In this document: piece after piece, positions 1 to 10,244 of the stretch
Position numbering within the stretch: position 1 is the first letter of the stretch
Layout: each line of letters begins with the position of its first letter
Assembly (NCBI GenBank): GCA_020723385.1
Contig: DYIZ01000013.1
Location: 1,733-65,732, forward strand
Direction: 5' to 3'
DNA from: Candidatus Aquidulcis sp.
Lineage (GTDB): Bacteria; Chloroflexota; Anaerolineae; Anaerolineales; UBA4823
DNA: 64,000 nucleotides
The notes under the pieces: generated by a model
Told to the model about the DNA's origin: nothing
What the model saw: the letters and a program-made list of their open reading frames with translations, nothing else
Database searches by the model: none
Made by a program: the position numbers and the translations under genes

Positions 1-2
1 GC

Positions 3-548
3 CGGGATGCTCAGAATGTCGCCGGTTTTGGACTCACCCATCTCTACACCAGCTTGATGCTGCGCGCAGTTGAAACCGGGATGATTCTCGCTGAAAAATT
101 GGGTTTACCGCTCACAGCCTGGCCCGATCTGCACGAGGGGGGTGGTATCTATCTGGATGATGATCAGGAAAACCCGGTCGGCCAGCCCGGTAACAACCGG
201 GAATACTTCGAAAGTCATTACCCAAAGCTGGGCTTACCAGATACACTTGGCCCCGATGGCTGGTGGAACCGCCCTTTCGAGCCGCGCGAAGACCGCCCTG
301 TGCGCGCCCGCCGTCTTCTGGATGAGCTGCATGACCGTCATGGCGGCACAGAGCATCGCGTAGCGGTTATCGGCCATGGCGGATTTTATAATCATATTCT
401 GGCGGTGTTGCTCAATCTGCCTACCAAAGAAGGTTACTGGTTCGTGCTCAACAATGCTGCTATTACCCGTATTGATTTTCCTGGGGAATGGATAGATGTG
501 GTTTACATGAACCGCGCCGAGTTTTTGCCCCGGGATATGATTACTTGA
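3..548 (+). CDS. Histidine phosphatase (phosphoglycerate mutase-like) family protein, 5'-truncated by the window edge
   Basis: Frame is open from position 3 (RDAQNVAGFGLTHLYTSLMLRAVET, matching the 'ySSplxRAxqT' motif); also DLHEGGG, VAVIGHGG and LNNAAITRI. Confidence 0.85.
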   Translation, partial: RDAQNVAGFGLTHLYTSLMLRAVETGMILAEKLGLPLTAWPDLHEGGGIYLDDDQENPVGQPGNNREYFESHYPKLGLPDTLGPDGWWNRPFEPREDRPVRARRLLDELHDRHGGTEHRVAVIGHGGFYNHILAVLLNLPTKEGYWFVLNNAAITRIDFPGEWIDVVYMNRAEFLPRDMIT

Positions 549-582
549 GTTATTCAAATCTTATCGGTAGGAGTTATTACCA

Positions 583-1416
583 GTGTCCCGCACAAAACAT
601 CTTTACGATTTCATCAGCCGCCTGTGGCCCTTAACCCGCACCGCCTTCCGCATGAGCCGCCAGCCCATCGTCGGCCAGGTCATCCAGCCTTTTTATAGCA
701 CTCGCCTCCATCAAGCCACGATCATTCCGGTCAACGAAGCTGTCGCCACGGGTGACAATGTCGCTTTACCGTATACGCTGCTCGAATCGTTAGCGCAGCG
801 CGCCTCAGCCCGCTTCCTCATGGCTGACTGCCTGTGCCGGTCAAGCCACGATTGTCAGAGCCACCCGCACACCCTCGGCTGCCTCTATCTCGGCGACGGG
901 GCGGCGCAAATCAACCCAAAAATGGGCCGCCTGGCGACCGTTGACGAGTCCCTGGCACACATCCAGACCGCGATGAGTAGCGGCTTGATGCCGCTCATCG
1001 TTCACACCGTCTTCGACGCTTACCTGCTAGGCATCAATTACAACCGGATGCTCACCATCTGCTTTTGCTGTGATTGCTGCTGCGCCGTGCGCAATGGCCT
1101 TCGGCTCGGACCATCGAAATTCAGGAATATCGTTCAGCGACTGCCGGGGGTAAGCGTGGAGATCACCACAGACTGCATCGAATGCGGTCGCTGCCAGGAA
1201 GTTTGTCATGTGCGGGCGATCACCCTGCCCTCACAGGATCATGGTTTGGGTATGGTCAGCGACGATTGCAAGGGGTGCGGCGAATGTGTGGCAGCCTGCC
1301 CCGTTGGGGCAATCCACCTGCGGGTAGACGACGAGACGCAGGTGCTCAGCCAGCTTATGCTGCGCATCGAAAAACGCACCGACATTGGAAACGATAAATC
1401 CACCAAACGTGTATAA
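583..1416 (+). CDS. 4Fe-4S dicluster ferredoxin-domain protein
   Basis: C-terminal CIECGRCQEVC and CKGCGECVAACP; additional CLCR and ICFCCDCCC Cys clusters; GTG start after AGGAG. Confidence 0.8.
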   Translation: MSRTKHLYDFISRLWPLTRTAFRMSRQPIVGQVIQPFYSTRLHQATIIPVNEAVATGDNVALPYTLLESLAQRASARFLMADCLCRSSHDCQSHPHTLGCLYLGDGAAQINPKMGRLATVDESLAHIQTAMSSGLMPLIVHTVFDAYLLGINYNRMLTICFCCDCCCAVRNGLRLGPSKFRNIVQRLPGVSVEITTDCIECGRCQEVCHVRAITLPSQDHGLGMVSDDCKGCGECVAACPVGAIHLRVDDETQVLSQLMLRIEKRTDIGNDKSTKRV

Positions 1417-1448
1417 TTGTTTAAACAAAATCGAAAGGAGAAGCCGAC

Positions 1449-1916
1449 ATGAAAGGGAATGACCAGGTCATCGCTACACTGAACGATCTCTTGTCTGATG
1501 AGCTAACCGCAATCAGCCAATATATGGTTCACGCCGAAATGTGTGACAACTGGCGCTACGAGAAACTTGCCAAAGCCGCCGAGGGGCGGGCCATAGACGA
1601 GATGAAACATGCCGAAAAACTCATCGGGCGTATCCTGTTCCTGGAAGGCATCCCGGTGGTGAGCAATTTGAAGAAAATCCACATCGGGATTGATGTCCCC
1701 AGCCAACATGAGAACGACACAGATGCCGAAGTAGACGCAGTAAAAGTCTATAACGCCGCCATCAAGATAACCGTTGATGCCAGCGACAATGGCACGCGTG
1801 AGCTGCTCGAGTCAATTCTCAAGGATGAGGAAGCTCATCTCGATTGGCTCGAAGCCCAGCTCTCCCAGATCGAACAAATGGGTATCCAGACCTATCTTGT
1901 CGAGCAGATTGGATAA
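1449..1916 (+). CDS. bfr: Bacterioferritin
   Basis: MKG start; ELTAISQY, IDEMKHAE (heme Met) and DEEAHLDW ferroxidase motifs; AAGGAG RBS. Confidence 0.95.
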   Translation: MKGNDQVIATLNDLLSDELTAISQYMVHAEMCDNWRYEKLAKAAEGRAIDEMKHAEKLIGRILFLEGIPVVSNLKKIHIGIDVPSQHENDTDAEVDAVKVYNAAIKITVDASDNGTRELLESILKDEEAHLDWLEAQLSQIEQMGIQTYLVEQIG

Positions 1917-1939
1917 CGATTGGGCAGGCAGAAGATCAC

Positions 1940-1975
1940 GCTGGCCCTGGCATACGCGACTATGCCAGGGCCAGC
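1940..1975. terminator. Hairpin between convergent bfr and GH1 genes
   Basis: 15-bp perfect stem GCTGGCCCTGGCATA / TATGCCAGGGCCAGC; no clear U-tract. Confidence 0.55.
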
Positions 1976-2000
1976 TCACCCAAGGAGAAGAAGATATCGT

Positions 2001-3392
2001 TTAGATCGTCAATCCATTACCGGCAATTACCTGCCGGTACCACAGGGCGCTGTCTTTGGGTAACCGTTTTTGGGTGGCAAAATCAACCCAATACAGGCCG
2101 AAGCGCTGGGCGAAGCCGTGCGCCCACTCGAAATTATCCATAATTGACCAGGTAAAATATCCAGCCAGCGGCACGCCATTTTGAATAGCCCGGTGAGCCG
2201 CTTCCAGATGGCTGCGCAGGTATGCGATGCGCCGCTCGTCGTGGATTTGCCCGGCAGCATCCGGCCCGTCGGAATAGCTGGCGCCGTTTTCGGTGATGTA
2301 GATCTTGCGCGGCTGATATTCGTAGTTGACGCGGTTGAGCAGGCGGTACAGCCCCTCGGGGAAGACCTCCCAGCGCATCTCCGTCCACTCTGATTCGGGG
2401 GCGACGTGGACCGTCCGAGGCTGGTTCTGATGCTCAGGAATCACCGGACTGCGCTGCACCGACCGGCTGTAATAGTTCACTCCCAGGAAATCTATCGGTT
2501 GGGCAATCGCCTGCAGATCGCCGGATTTGACAAAGCCCCAATCGCCGTCGGTGAGGGGAATCGTTGGCGGCAGAAAACCTTGGGCCGCATATTCGAGCAC
2601 CTTATCAGCCGGATAACCGCGCCCAAACACGGGATCGAGGAACCAGCGGTTGAAGAAGCCGTCGAAATAACGGAAAGCATCGTAATCCTCCGGGCTGGGC
2701 GAGGCCGGCTCAGTGGGGATCAAATTGAGAACGATGCCCACCTCCGACTGCGGGCTGTTGCGCCGGATGGCTGGCAAAGCCAGGCCATGCCCTAAAAGCA
2801 AATGATGCGCAGCCGCAAGGGCGGATTTCCAATCATGATGCCCGGGGGCGTGCTCGCCAATCTGATATCCCAGCAGGCTCGAACACCACGGCTCATTGAG
2901 CGTCATCCAATGCTTCACGCGGTCGCCCAGGCGGCGGGAGACAACGTCGGCGTATTCGACGAACGCTTCGGCAGTCGCCCGCGCCGGCCAGCCGCCTTCA
3001 TCCTGCAAGGCTTGCGGCAAATCCCAATGGTAGAGCGTGACAAACGGCTGGATTCCGGCTTCGAGCAGTCCATCCACCAGCCGGGAATAGAAATCTAGGC
3101 CTTTCGGATTGACTGCGCCGCGTCCTTGGGGGAGGATACGCGGCCATGAGATCGAGAACCGGTAGCCATTTACTCCCAATTCCTTGTGAATGGCAATGTC
3201 CTCCTGCCAGCGATGATAGTGGTCGCAGGCCACGTTGCCCATTTCGCCCCGCTCGATATGGCCGGGCGTGTGTGAAAACCGATCCCAAATGGATTCGCCT
3301 TTGCCGTCTTCGTTCCAGGCCCCTTCGATTTGATACGAGGAGGTGGCTGTGCCCCAGAAAAAGCCCTGGGGAAATTTGAGTTTCGTTGTCAT
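2001..3392 (-). CDS. GH1 beta-glucosidase (cytoplasmic)
   Basis: FFWGTATSSYQIEG, TLNEPW (acid/base), YITENG (nucleophile), WSIMDNFEW; start placed at MTTKLKF after AAGGAA. Confidence 0.95.
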   Translation of the reverse strand: MTTKLKFPQGFFWGTATSSYQIEGAWNEDGKGESIWDRFSHTPGHIERGEMGNVACDHYHRWQEDIAIHKELGVNGYRFSISWPRILPQGRGAVNPKGLDFYSRLVDGLLEAGIQPFVTLYHWDLPQALQDEGGWPARATAEAFVEYADVVSRRLGDRVKHWMTLNEPWCSSLLGYQIGEHAPGHHDWKSALAAAHHLLLGHGLALPAIRRNSPQSEVGIVLNLIPTEPASPSPEDYDAFRYFDGFFNRWFLDPVFGRGYPADKVLEYAAQGFLPPTIPLTDGDWGFVKSGDLQAIAQPIDFLGVNYYSRSVQRSPVIPEHQNQPRTVHVAPESEWTEMRWEVFPEGLYRLLNRVNYEYQPRKIYITENGASYSDGPDAAGQIHDERRIAYLRSHLEAAHRAIQNGVPLAGYFTWSIMDNFEWAHGFAQRFGLYWVDFATQKRLPKDSALWYRQVIAGNGLTI

Positions 3393-3476
3393 GAGTAGGG
3401 TTCCTTGTTTCGATTTGTAGTCTAGGGCCTTGCGCCCGTGCCTTGAGCCTGTTTTAACCGCCCACAAGGGGCTAGG

Positions 3477-3926
3477 CTACAAGCTTACGTGCCTCGCGCC
3501 GTCTTTCCAGCAATCCCGAGCCAGTTCTATAATCTGCTGCTTCTGCTCATCCGACAGCTTGATCTCTGGTGAGTTGTGGTTATCGGTGTCCCGGTTTTCG
3601 ATGATCAACACCATCGCATCCGGGTCGAGAGTGTGGGTGTGCCAGCTTCCTTTTTTGACGTTGTACAGCTTCATCGGCTGCATGTCTACAGCGTGAATGA
3701 CAGTAATTTGCTGGCTGCCTTCGCCAAAGAACAGGATGCACCGTCCCTCGAGTAAAACGAACACCTCATCGGTTTCATCGTGGCGCTGCATTTTACCGAT
3801 ATTTTGTGGCAGCAGTTCGTCAATATAACGCAGGATCGCTACCCGCCAGGCTTCGTAATCCACCAGGGGTTGGTATCCAATCCCGCGGAATTCGCGAATT
3901 TCGAGAAAAGATTCAGTCAGAGCCAT
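3477..3926 (-). CDS. Cupin-like hypothetical protein
   Basis: RHDETDEVFVLLEG...VKKGSWHTH resembles a cupin metal-binding pattern; GGAGG RBS. Confidence 0.6.
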   Translation of the reverse strand: MALTESFLEIREFRGIGYQPLVDYEAWRVAILRYIDELLPQNIGKMQRHDETDEVFVLLEGRCILFFGEGSQQITVIHAVDMQPMKLYNVKKGSWHTHTLDPDAMVLIIENRDTDNHNSPEIKLSDEQKQQIIELARDCWKDGARHVSL

Positions 3927-3955
3927 TACAAAACCTCCAACCGTTGAAAAGAGTC

Positions 3956-4034
3956 AACGCAAAGTCGCAAAGTTGCAGAGACGCGGAGTTTTATTATTTC
4001 TCTCTGCGACTCAAAAACTCTGCGACTCTGCGTT
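3956..4034. repeat. Imperfect inverted repeat made of (A)CGCAGAG-like units
   Basis: AACGCAAAGTCGCAAAGTTGCAGAGACGCGGAG ... CTCTGCGACTCAAAAACTCTGCGACTCTGCGTT. Confidence 0.6.
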
Positions 4035-4068
4035 AAATCTTTCTGCATATCCGGTAGATCACAGTTTC

Positions 4069-6793
4069 TCATATCACGCGCTCCAATGCCACATCCAGCC
4101 GGTGACGGCGCCGCGCGGCGAGCGAGGCGATCAACTGGCGGGGCAGGATCACGCCGCGTCCATCCAATGCCACGGTCACAGCATCGCCATCAATTGTCAC
4201 ACCCCGGACAGCGTATTGCCCATAATCCAACCGGCCAGGGTTGTGAAATACGATTTCCAGGTCGCGCCCGGCAAATTGGGTCAGCACCGCCGCCTCCCCC
4301 GCCCCATTGAATTGTTCAGCCGCCAGTTTCGGATCGAGCGCCAGGCTGCCCATGCACGCCGCGCACCCCGAAAACCTGGGTCAGCAGGGTCAGCAGGTAC
4401 CAGCTTGCCGACCCGGTGAGATACGTGTACAGCCCGCGCCCGCCCGGCTCGACGTATTCGGGGAGACCAGGGTAAATGCGCGCGAGCGGGAAATCCTGGC
4501 AGTGGCAGTACAATCCATGCAAGGCCCGGTAGCCTTCACGCACGAAACCGCGCTGGTAGAGCGCATTGGCGTACATCACGTGCATGTGGCTGAACATAGC
4601 CCCGTTTTCCTTGTGGCCGTAGGCATAACCGAAGCAGCGCCCCAGGTTATGGGGCATCTCGCCAAAGGATGTATTCAGCCGGTAACCGCCGGTTTCAGCA
4701 TCGTACAGATAACGATCGGCGGCGCGGACGATTTGACCGGCTTGCTCATCAGTGGCGACGGCTCCCATCAGGGTGAAAACCTGGCCGGTGAGGGTCATGC
4801 GCACCCCGTTGGGGTGATCGCCCTCGACGCGCTGCCCGTCATCGTCGTAATAACCGTTGAACCAGCCAAATCCGTCTCGATCCTGGAGCCACTCGTCGGC
4901 TCGCAGGTGCGCGTAAAGCCAATCGGCCTTGGCTTTCAGATCATCCGAGAGGGAGCGCAGCCCGATGCGTGCAGTTTCCCCGCTGGCTTTTTGCTGCCCG
5001 GCGGAGAAATACGCCGCCAGGCGCGCCTGCTTGGCCTCGGGCAAGGCGTAATCCACCGGAGCTGAGAGCGTATCCAGCAGCGGCAGCAGCTCGACCGCCA
5101 AATCCACCTCGGGCGCGACACGTTTCTCCAATTCGAGCAGGAGCTGGCTCAAATCGAGCAAATTGCTGGCGTACAGCGCCGTAAACGCCACACTCTCACC
5201 TCGGCTGGGAGCCATATCCAGCCCATCGTTCCAATCAGCATTCTCCAACAGCATATTGTTGTGCGCGCCGACGTTGAAGAACGCGACCAGGTGCTGGACG
5301 AGGAGGTGCTCGAGAATGCTGCCCCGATAGATTTCACCCGAGGCAGTTCGCAACTGCGTGCCCTGCTCCGGCTGCCAGGATTCGTCAACCTGGCGGGCGC
5401 GGCAGATATGCTGATCCTTGAAATAGGCTTGCTGGTGCAGCAGGAAAGCCAGGTCGCCGCTCTGATCAATGTACAGGCGCGTGGTCAGGTAAGGCCACGC
5501 GCCGTGATCCATCCACACGCGGGCGATATTGTTGCGGTCGGCGGCAAACTCACCGGGCCGCGCCCCGATGATGGTGGCATTCGTCCCATCCAGGCGCACA
5601 CCGGCGAAATAATCGAACAACAGCCCGCCAACCGACTCCGGTTCCATCATCAGCAGCGCCAGGCAGTCTTGCCACAGGTCACGCCAGCCGCGCCCGCCGC
5701 GCCCATAATCGTGTGCAGGCAGGAACGAGTTGCCGTACAGGCGGCGCAGCACCGGCTGGAGCGCCACCCACTTCAGCCACATATCGAAAGACCGCTCGCC
5801 GGTGCGAAAATCGAGCGCCATCTGTTTCTTCTGCCAATGGCGGGTGTTGCGCTGAAACCAATCATCGAAGAGCGCTGCGCTGCCGTAGCGGGCGGTCAGC
5901 GCCGCGGGGTCGCCGCCGCGCCCGGTGATTGCCAGGATAACGATATACGCCTGCGAACCACCCGGGGGCAGCGTCACCTGCCGGAAGCGCAGCCCCCCCA
6001 TGGCCTCGCAGCCTTCGCGCTCGCTCCCGGCAGCGTAAACCACAGGCAGGTTTTCGACCACCGCCCGCGGCCAATCCAGGCAGCCGCCCTCGCCCACGAA
6101 TTCGGCCAGCGTGGGGAAAAAACCTTCCGGGGGAGTCCCATCGCCTTCCGCGCCGAGCGCACTGTAAGCAGTGCTATTCGGCGTGTGGCCGCGCTCATCG
6201 AACGACAGCGTCGGGCAAACGGTGACGCCATACTCGCTGGTTCGAATGCGATGCAACAGCGCCGTGACGTGCCGGTGATCTCGTAAATTGTCGGCGGAAC
6301 GGCCGTAGAGCGGGATGGCGGCGGTGGGCGTGAGGGTCAGCGGCTGGCTGGAAATATTGGTTAGCGTGACTTTCAGCAATTCGACGCGGTCGTCGCTGGG
6401 CGGGACGAAGCTGGTTAGCTCGGCGCGCAGCCCCATGGTTTCCGACTGCCGGGTGAGGCGGTGCCAGAGCGGGCCTGCCGTGAGCGCGGTCGTTTCATCG
6501 CTGCCGGGCTGGCGGGCAATCTGCGCCGCTGAAGCGCCCGCTGCCGACCAGGCGCCATGCCCCTCGACATACACCCAGAAATTGCGCCCACTGCGAGAGT
6601 GATGCAAATCTTCCAGCGAGACGGGAGCCAACAGGAAGTGATGCTGGTCGCTTTTCAGGTCGCCGTGCAGGGTGGGCGTGATGGAGGCCATCATGCGCGC
6701 CTCGTTGACCAGCGGGAAATAGAGGTAACTGGTTTGCTGAGGTTCGTCCAGCTCGAACGTGCCCCATTCGTCCAAGAAGCGCCACTGGTTCAT
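4069..6793 (-). pseudogene. GH94 laminaribiose phosphorylase-like gene with an apparent 1-nt frameshift near 4354
   Basis: GRSADNLRDHRHVT, DYGRGGRGWRDLWQD, ADWNDGLD, KENGAMFSH and YLTGSASW; the C-terminal domain (MGSLALDPKL...) continues in another frame (ORF 4069..4353). Confidence 0.75.
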
Positions 6794-9700
6794 GCTGCGC
6801 CCCCTTTGAGGGCAAACTCAACGTGAATGGCTGTCACCAGCCCCCGGCGCGCCATGTCAGCGTAAGGCGCGCCGATCAATCCGCCGGGAATCTCGACAGT
6901 GCTTCCGTCGGCGAGGTGCAGGGTGTTCCTCGTGACTGCCAGCCCCGGCAAATCCCGGTTCGCTCCCGCGTTTGCTCCCCCATCCGCTCCCCCATTTGTT
7001 CCCGCCGGACGACGCGGTTGCGCGCAACCGGCGTCCGGCGGCTCAGGCGTGGACTTTCGTCCACTTGGAGCTATAGTCTTTGATTGATCGCTTCTGCCAA
7101 AAGTATCCAATCGTCCGGGATTGTGATAAGTCACCATGCAGTTACCGAGAAACTGGAAAGACAGCGCGCCCTCCTCGGTGAACAACCATCCCGGGAGGAT
7201 GGGACGCAGCGACAGGCAAAGCTGCCCCTCCCGAACAACGAACGGCTGCAACCCGGCCATCATCATGTGCCAGATGCTTAGAAATTCCGCCGTCGAGCCG
7301 CTCAACCGGGCGACGAACCCGCCGCCGTGCAGGCTCTCATCGGGATGAGCGCTGCTGACGATGAAAGACGAGTTCTCCAGCGGGCTGCGCCCATAAACCT
7401 TCGGGTCAAGGAAAGGCGGCAGGGCGTGGGGTAGCTCCTGGAAGAATTCCTCGTACAGCCCGGCTTTGAGCATTTCCAGCAAATATTTGAATTCCATGTG
7501 CAGCCAGATGGACTCGTTCTCCAGCCAGCCGGGGGTAAAGGCGCGGGCGCGGCCGATGGCGGCGGGCTGATCGGCGAGCGAGGCGTTGACTTTGTACATT
7601 TTCAGCTTCGCGTCGAACAGCGGGCTGGATTTGACCTGCTGGTAAAGCTGGCGCGCCGCCTCGGGGGATTTTTGCAGCTTGAGGGCGTGCACTGGCCCCT
7701 CGAGAAACGCAGGTAACGCCCGCGGCTGAAAACGGGTGGCGCGCACGCGGGAGCGTCCTTGCCCATCGGTCAATTCCTGGCCTTGTGCATCCTGTAGAAT
7801 CTCGTAGGCTTCAACGTCGAAGGTGAAATATGTTGGCGGGAAACCGCCGTTCAGTTCCACCGCGCGGGTGATGCCCGCCTGCACCTTCGCCAGAAAAGCC
7901 TGGAGGATTCCCGCCAGCTCGCCGAAGCTGATCAGCTTGCACAGGCCATCGAAACCCAGGCAAATCCGCTTGCGGTAGGCTTCTCTTTCTGAAGCAACCG
8001 CGTCCCAATACTCGAAGTCGCGCTCTGGCCTTTTGGATGCGGTGAACGCCCGCAGGTGTGCGGCGATCTTGACAAGCAACTCATGTACTTCCAGCGGCAG
8101 TTCCGCCGAACATTGGCCTTTTTCCTTCATCGCCGCCAGCAAAAACTCCAGCAGGCGCTGTAACTCGTAGGATTCGGGGATCGAGGAGCCGAAGAGCGCT
8201 GGCAGCCCGTTGAGAGCGTCGTACCAGCCGGGTTTACCGGCCTCCATCTCGATGCCCATCCCCCACGGGTCGAGCGTGGCAAATTTGATCATAGCCAGGC
8301 TGACCAGCTTGACGAACAATGTGGTGCGGTAGACCTCGCCGCGCCCGTGGTCGCTCCGCATCAGGTGCGGCGATTCGCTGCGCGTGGCGATGAGGGCTGC
8401 TTTTTGCTCGTCTTCGGCCACCGCGTTGAGCTGCCGCACACCGCTGCCCACCAGCACGTATTTTTCGGCGCGCGGGCAAACGATGTGGGGGTTATCGTAA
8501 AACGTGTAAACCGGCTCATCGTGCAGCAGCGCGTCCTTGCGCTCCGGGTAGATCGCCAGGTAAGCCTCGATCAAATCGAGGTTGTATGTCCAATGGTCAA
8601 TCCAATACCCCTCACCGGGGTCGGCTTCGAAGTGCTGTTCGGCTTCGGTCAGAACACGCTTCAAGAATTCGGCGGGCGCGATCTCAAGGGGGAGATCATG
8701 ATCAGCGATGAATTTGAGCAGCTCGCCGGGGGTGAACGGGCGGGCGAGGATGCTCTCCAGGATTTCGGGCGACCCGGTCAATGCCAGCAGTCCCGCCCGC
8801 CGGGCCAGCGGCGCCGTAAACCGGCTGCCGCGAATCACCAGCGGGTTGTAACCATCGGCCTGGATCAGATTGACGAACGAAACAATGTCGAAATTACCCA
8901 CCTGCGGATTCAACATCACATCGCAGCGCCGGTTTTGATTCACATCGCGGTACGCGCCATTGCCCTGCGAATACGGCTCAGCGGCCTGGAAGAAGGCGTT
9001 GTAATCCCGTTCAAGGTCGCCATGGCGGCGTGAGTAAATGTGATAGATAAACGGCTTTTCGCTGCTTCCCAGGCAGACAGGCCAGCCGCCGCGCAGCACG
9101 TTGTCGAGGAAATTCTGCTGGCAGTAGGCATCGAACAAAACCAGCCCAGTATGAGTGGAAACCGTATTGCTCAGATCGGCCGTCAGGCGGCTGGCTTCGA
9201 TGCGTTTCTCGCGCAGGTAGCCGGGCTGAGTCAGGCGGCCACGCAGCCCGTTGGCGATCTCGACGCTGCGGGCGTAACCGACGAGGGCCGACAGCGTGAT
9301 CGATTCGCCCTCCCCAAGGTTGAACGGCGCGCCAAAGAAGCCGCACGGCGTCTGGCCGGAAGCGACCTGCCGCTGCTGGAGAAGTTCAACCAACGGGCGC
9401 TGCAAGAAACCCTGGGGGAGGCTCAACGAGGTGTCTTGAGAAAAGACGAGGCGGGGGTCAACGATAGCGGGGAGCAGTACGCCCCCTTTCGCCAGCCCAT
9501 CCCCCATCGGAGTTCTTCCGATGGGGGAGGCCGGGAGGGGGTCCGTGAATGCCAGGTAGAAATACCCAGCCTGGAATTCTTCCACCTCGGCAGTATCAGC
9601 GATGCTGGCGTGGACACGGTAGAATGGAACGCCTGCTTCGAGGTTAAAGACCGACATCCAGGCTTCTACGGTGCGGCTCATTTCCTTGAGAAACCAGTGA

Positions 9701-10242
9701 CCAACCCCACAAGGAACCACTACCGGCAGGCCGTCCAATACCTCACCCGCTATGGGTTGGGAGGCAGTGTTGGTGAGAGTCACCTGCCGCGCCAGCGCAG
9801 GGAAGTTTTCGCCGGGCACGATGAAATACAGCACGCTGATGCGCAGGCCAAGCTCCGGGTTGATTTCCGATAATTCCAACTCGTTCAAACCGATTGCCAT
9901 ACGCTGGCAGCAAGCAGAATCCGGCTGGAGGCCGGCAAACGGCTCATAGAAATCAAACCGAGCCGCCTGGCTTGCCGCGCTTTCCGTATAAATCTTGATG
10001 AATGTGCGAAACCCGGTAAAAGGTGTCGTTTGGTAGGCTTTGTTCGCCGGTTGAAACTCCAATATCGGCTTATCCTTGCTCTCGATGCCAAAACTGGCGA
10101 TTGCCTGCCCCCGGTTGACGTAGAACGCCCACATGGGAACCCCATGCGGGCCGGCGATCCCCGGCAGGAAACTGGAAAATGGCCGCCGGGAGGCGTAATT
10201 CTCGATCACGAAGCGGTTGAACTCGTCGAAGTAGAAATCCAT
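6790..10242 (-). CDS. GH161-like beta-1,3-glucan phosphorylase
   Basis: FSSFLPGIAG.GVPMWAFYVNRGQ, YSRRHGDLERDYN, GKPGWYDALNGLP, GWLENESIWLHMEFKY and GFVARLSGSTAEF; start set at MDFYFDE. Confidence 0.8.
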   Translation of the reverse strand: MDFYFDEFNRFVIENYASRRPFSSFLPGIAGPHGVPMWAFYVNRGQAIASFGIESKDKPILEFQPANKAYQTTPFTGFRTFIKIYTESAASQAARFDFYEPFAGLQPDSACCQRMAIGLNELELSEINPELGLRISVLYFIVPGENFPALARQVTLTNTASQPIAGEVLDGLPVVVPCGVGHWFLKEMSRTVEAWMSVFNLEAGVPFYRVHASIADTAEVEEFQAGYFYLAFTDPLPASPIGRTPMGDGLAKGGVLLPAIVDPRLVFSQDTSLSLPQGFLQRPLVELLQQRQVASGQTPCGFFGAPFNLGEGESITLSALVGYARSVEIANGLRGRLTQPGYLREKRIEASRLTADLSNTVSTHTGLVLFDAYCQQNFLDNVLRGGWPVCLGSSEKPFIYHIYSRRHGDLERDYNAFFQAAEPYSQGNGAYRDVNQNRRCDVMLNPQVGNFDIVSFVNLIQADGYNPLVIRGSRFTAPLARRAGLLALTGSPEILESILARPFTPGELLKFIADHDLPLEIAPAEFLKRVLTEAEQHFEADPGEGYWIDHWTYNLDLIEAYLAIYPERKDALLHDEPVYTFYDNPHIVCPRAEKYVLVGSGVRQLNAVAEDEQKAALIATRSESPHLMRSDHGRGEVYRTTLFVKLVSLAMIKFATLDPWGMGIEMEAGKPGWYDALNGLPALFGSSIPESYELQRLLEFLLAAMKEKGQCSAELPLEVHELLVKIAAHLRAFTASKRPERDFEYWDAVASEREAYRKRICLGFDGLCKLISFGELAGILQAFLAKVQAGITRAVELNGGFPPTYFTFDVEAYEILQDAQGQELTDGQGRSRVRATRFQPRALPAFLEGPVHALKLQKSPEAARQLYQQVKSSPLFDAKLKMYKVNASLADQPAAIGRARAFTPGWLENESIWLHMEFKYLLEMLKAGLYEEFFQELPHALPPFLDPKVYGRSPLENSSFIVSSAHPDESLHGGGFVARLSGSTAEFLSIWHMMMAGLQPFVVREGQLCLSLRPILPGWLFTEEGALSFQFLGNCMVTYHNPGRLDTFGRSDQSKTIAPSGRKSTPEPPDAGCAQPRRPAGTNGGADGGANAGANRDLPGLAVTRNTLHLADGSTVEIPGGLIGAPYADMARRGLVTAIHVEFALKGGAA
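7007..7037. repeat. 31-bp palindromic element inside the GH161-like CDS; identical copy at 32337-32367
   Basis: GGACGACGCGGTTGCGCGCAACCGGCGTCCG at both sites. Confidence 0.85.
9500..9543. repeat. GC-rich hairpin element in-frame in the GH161-like CDS
   Basis: TCCCCCATCGGA-GTTCT-TCCGATGGGGGA plus GGCCGGGAGGGGG; encodes DPLPASPIGRTPMGD. Confidence 0.6.
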
Positions 10243-10244
10243 AA

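Noticed and set aside
1412-1428. TATAAT and a TTGTTTAAACAA palindrome upstream of bfr as an iron-regulator site
   Set aside because: Single occurrence, no well-spaced -35 element and no clear match to a Fur or DtxR consensus.
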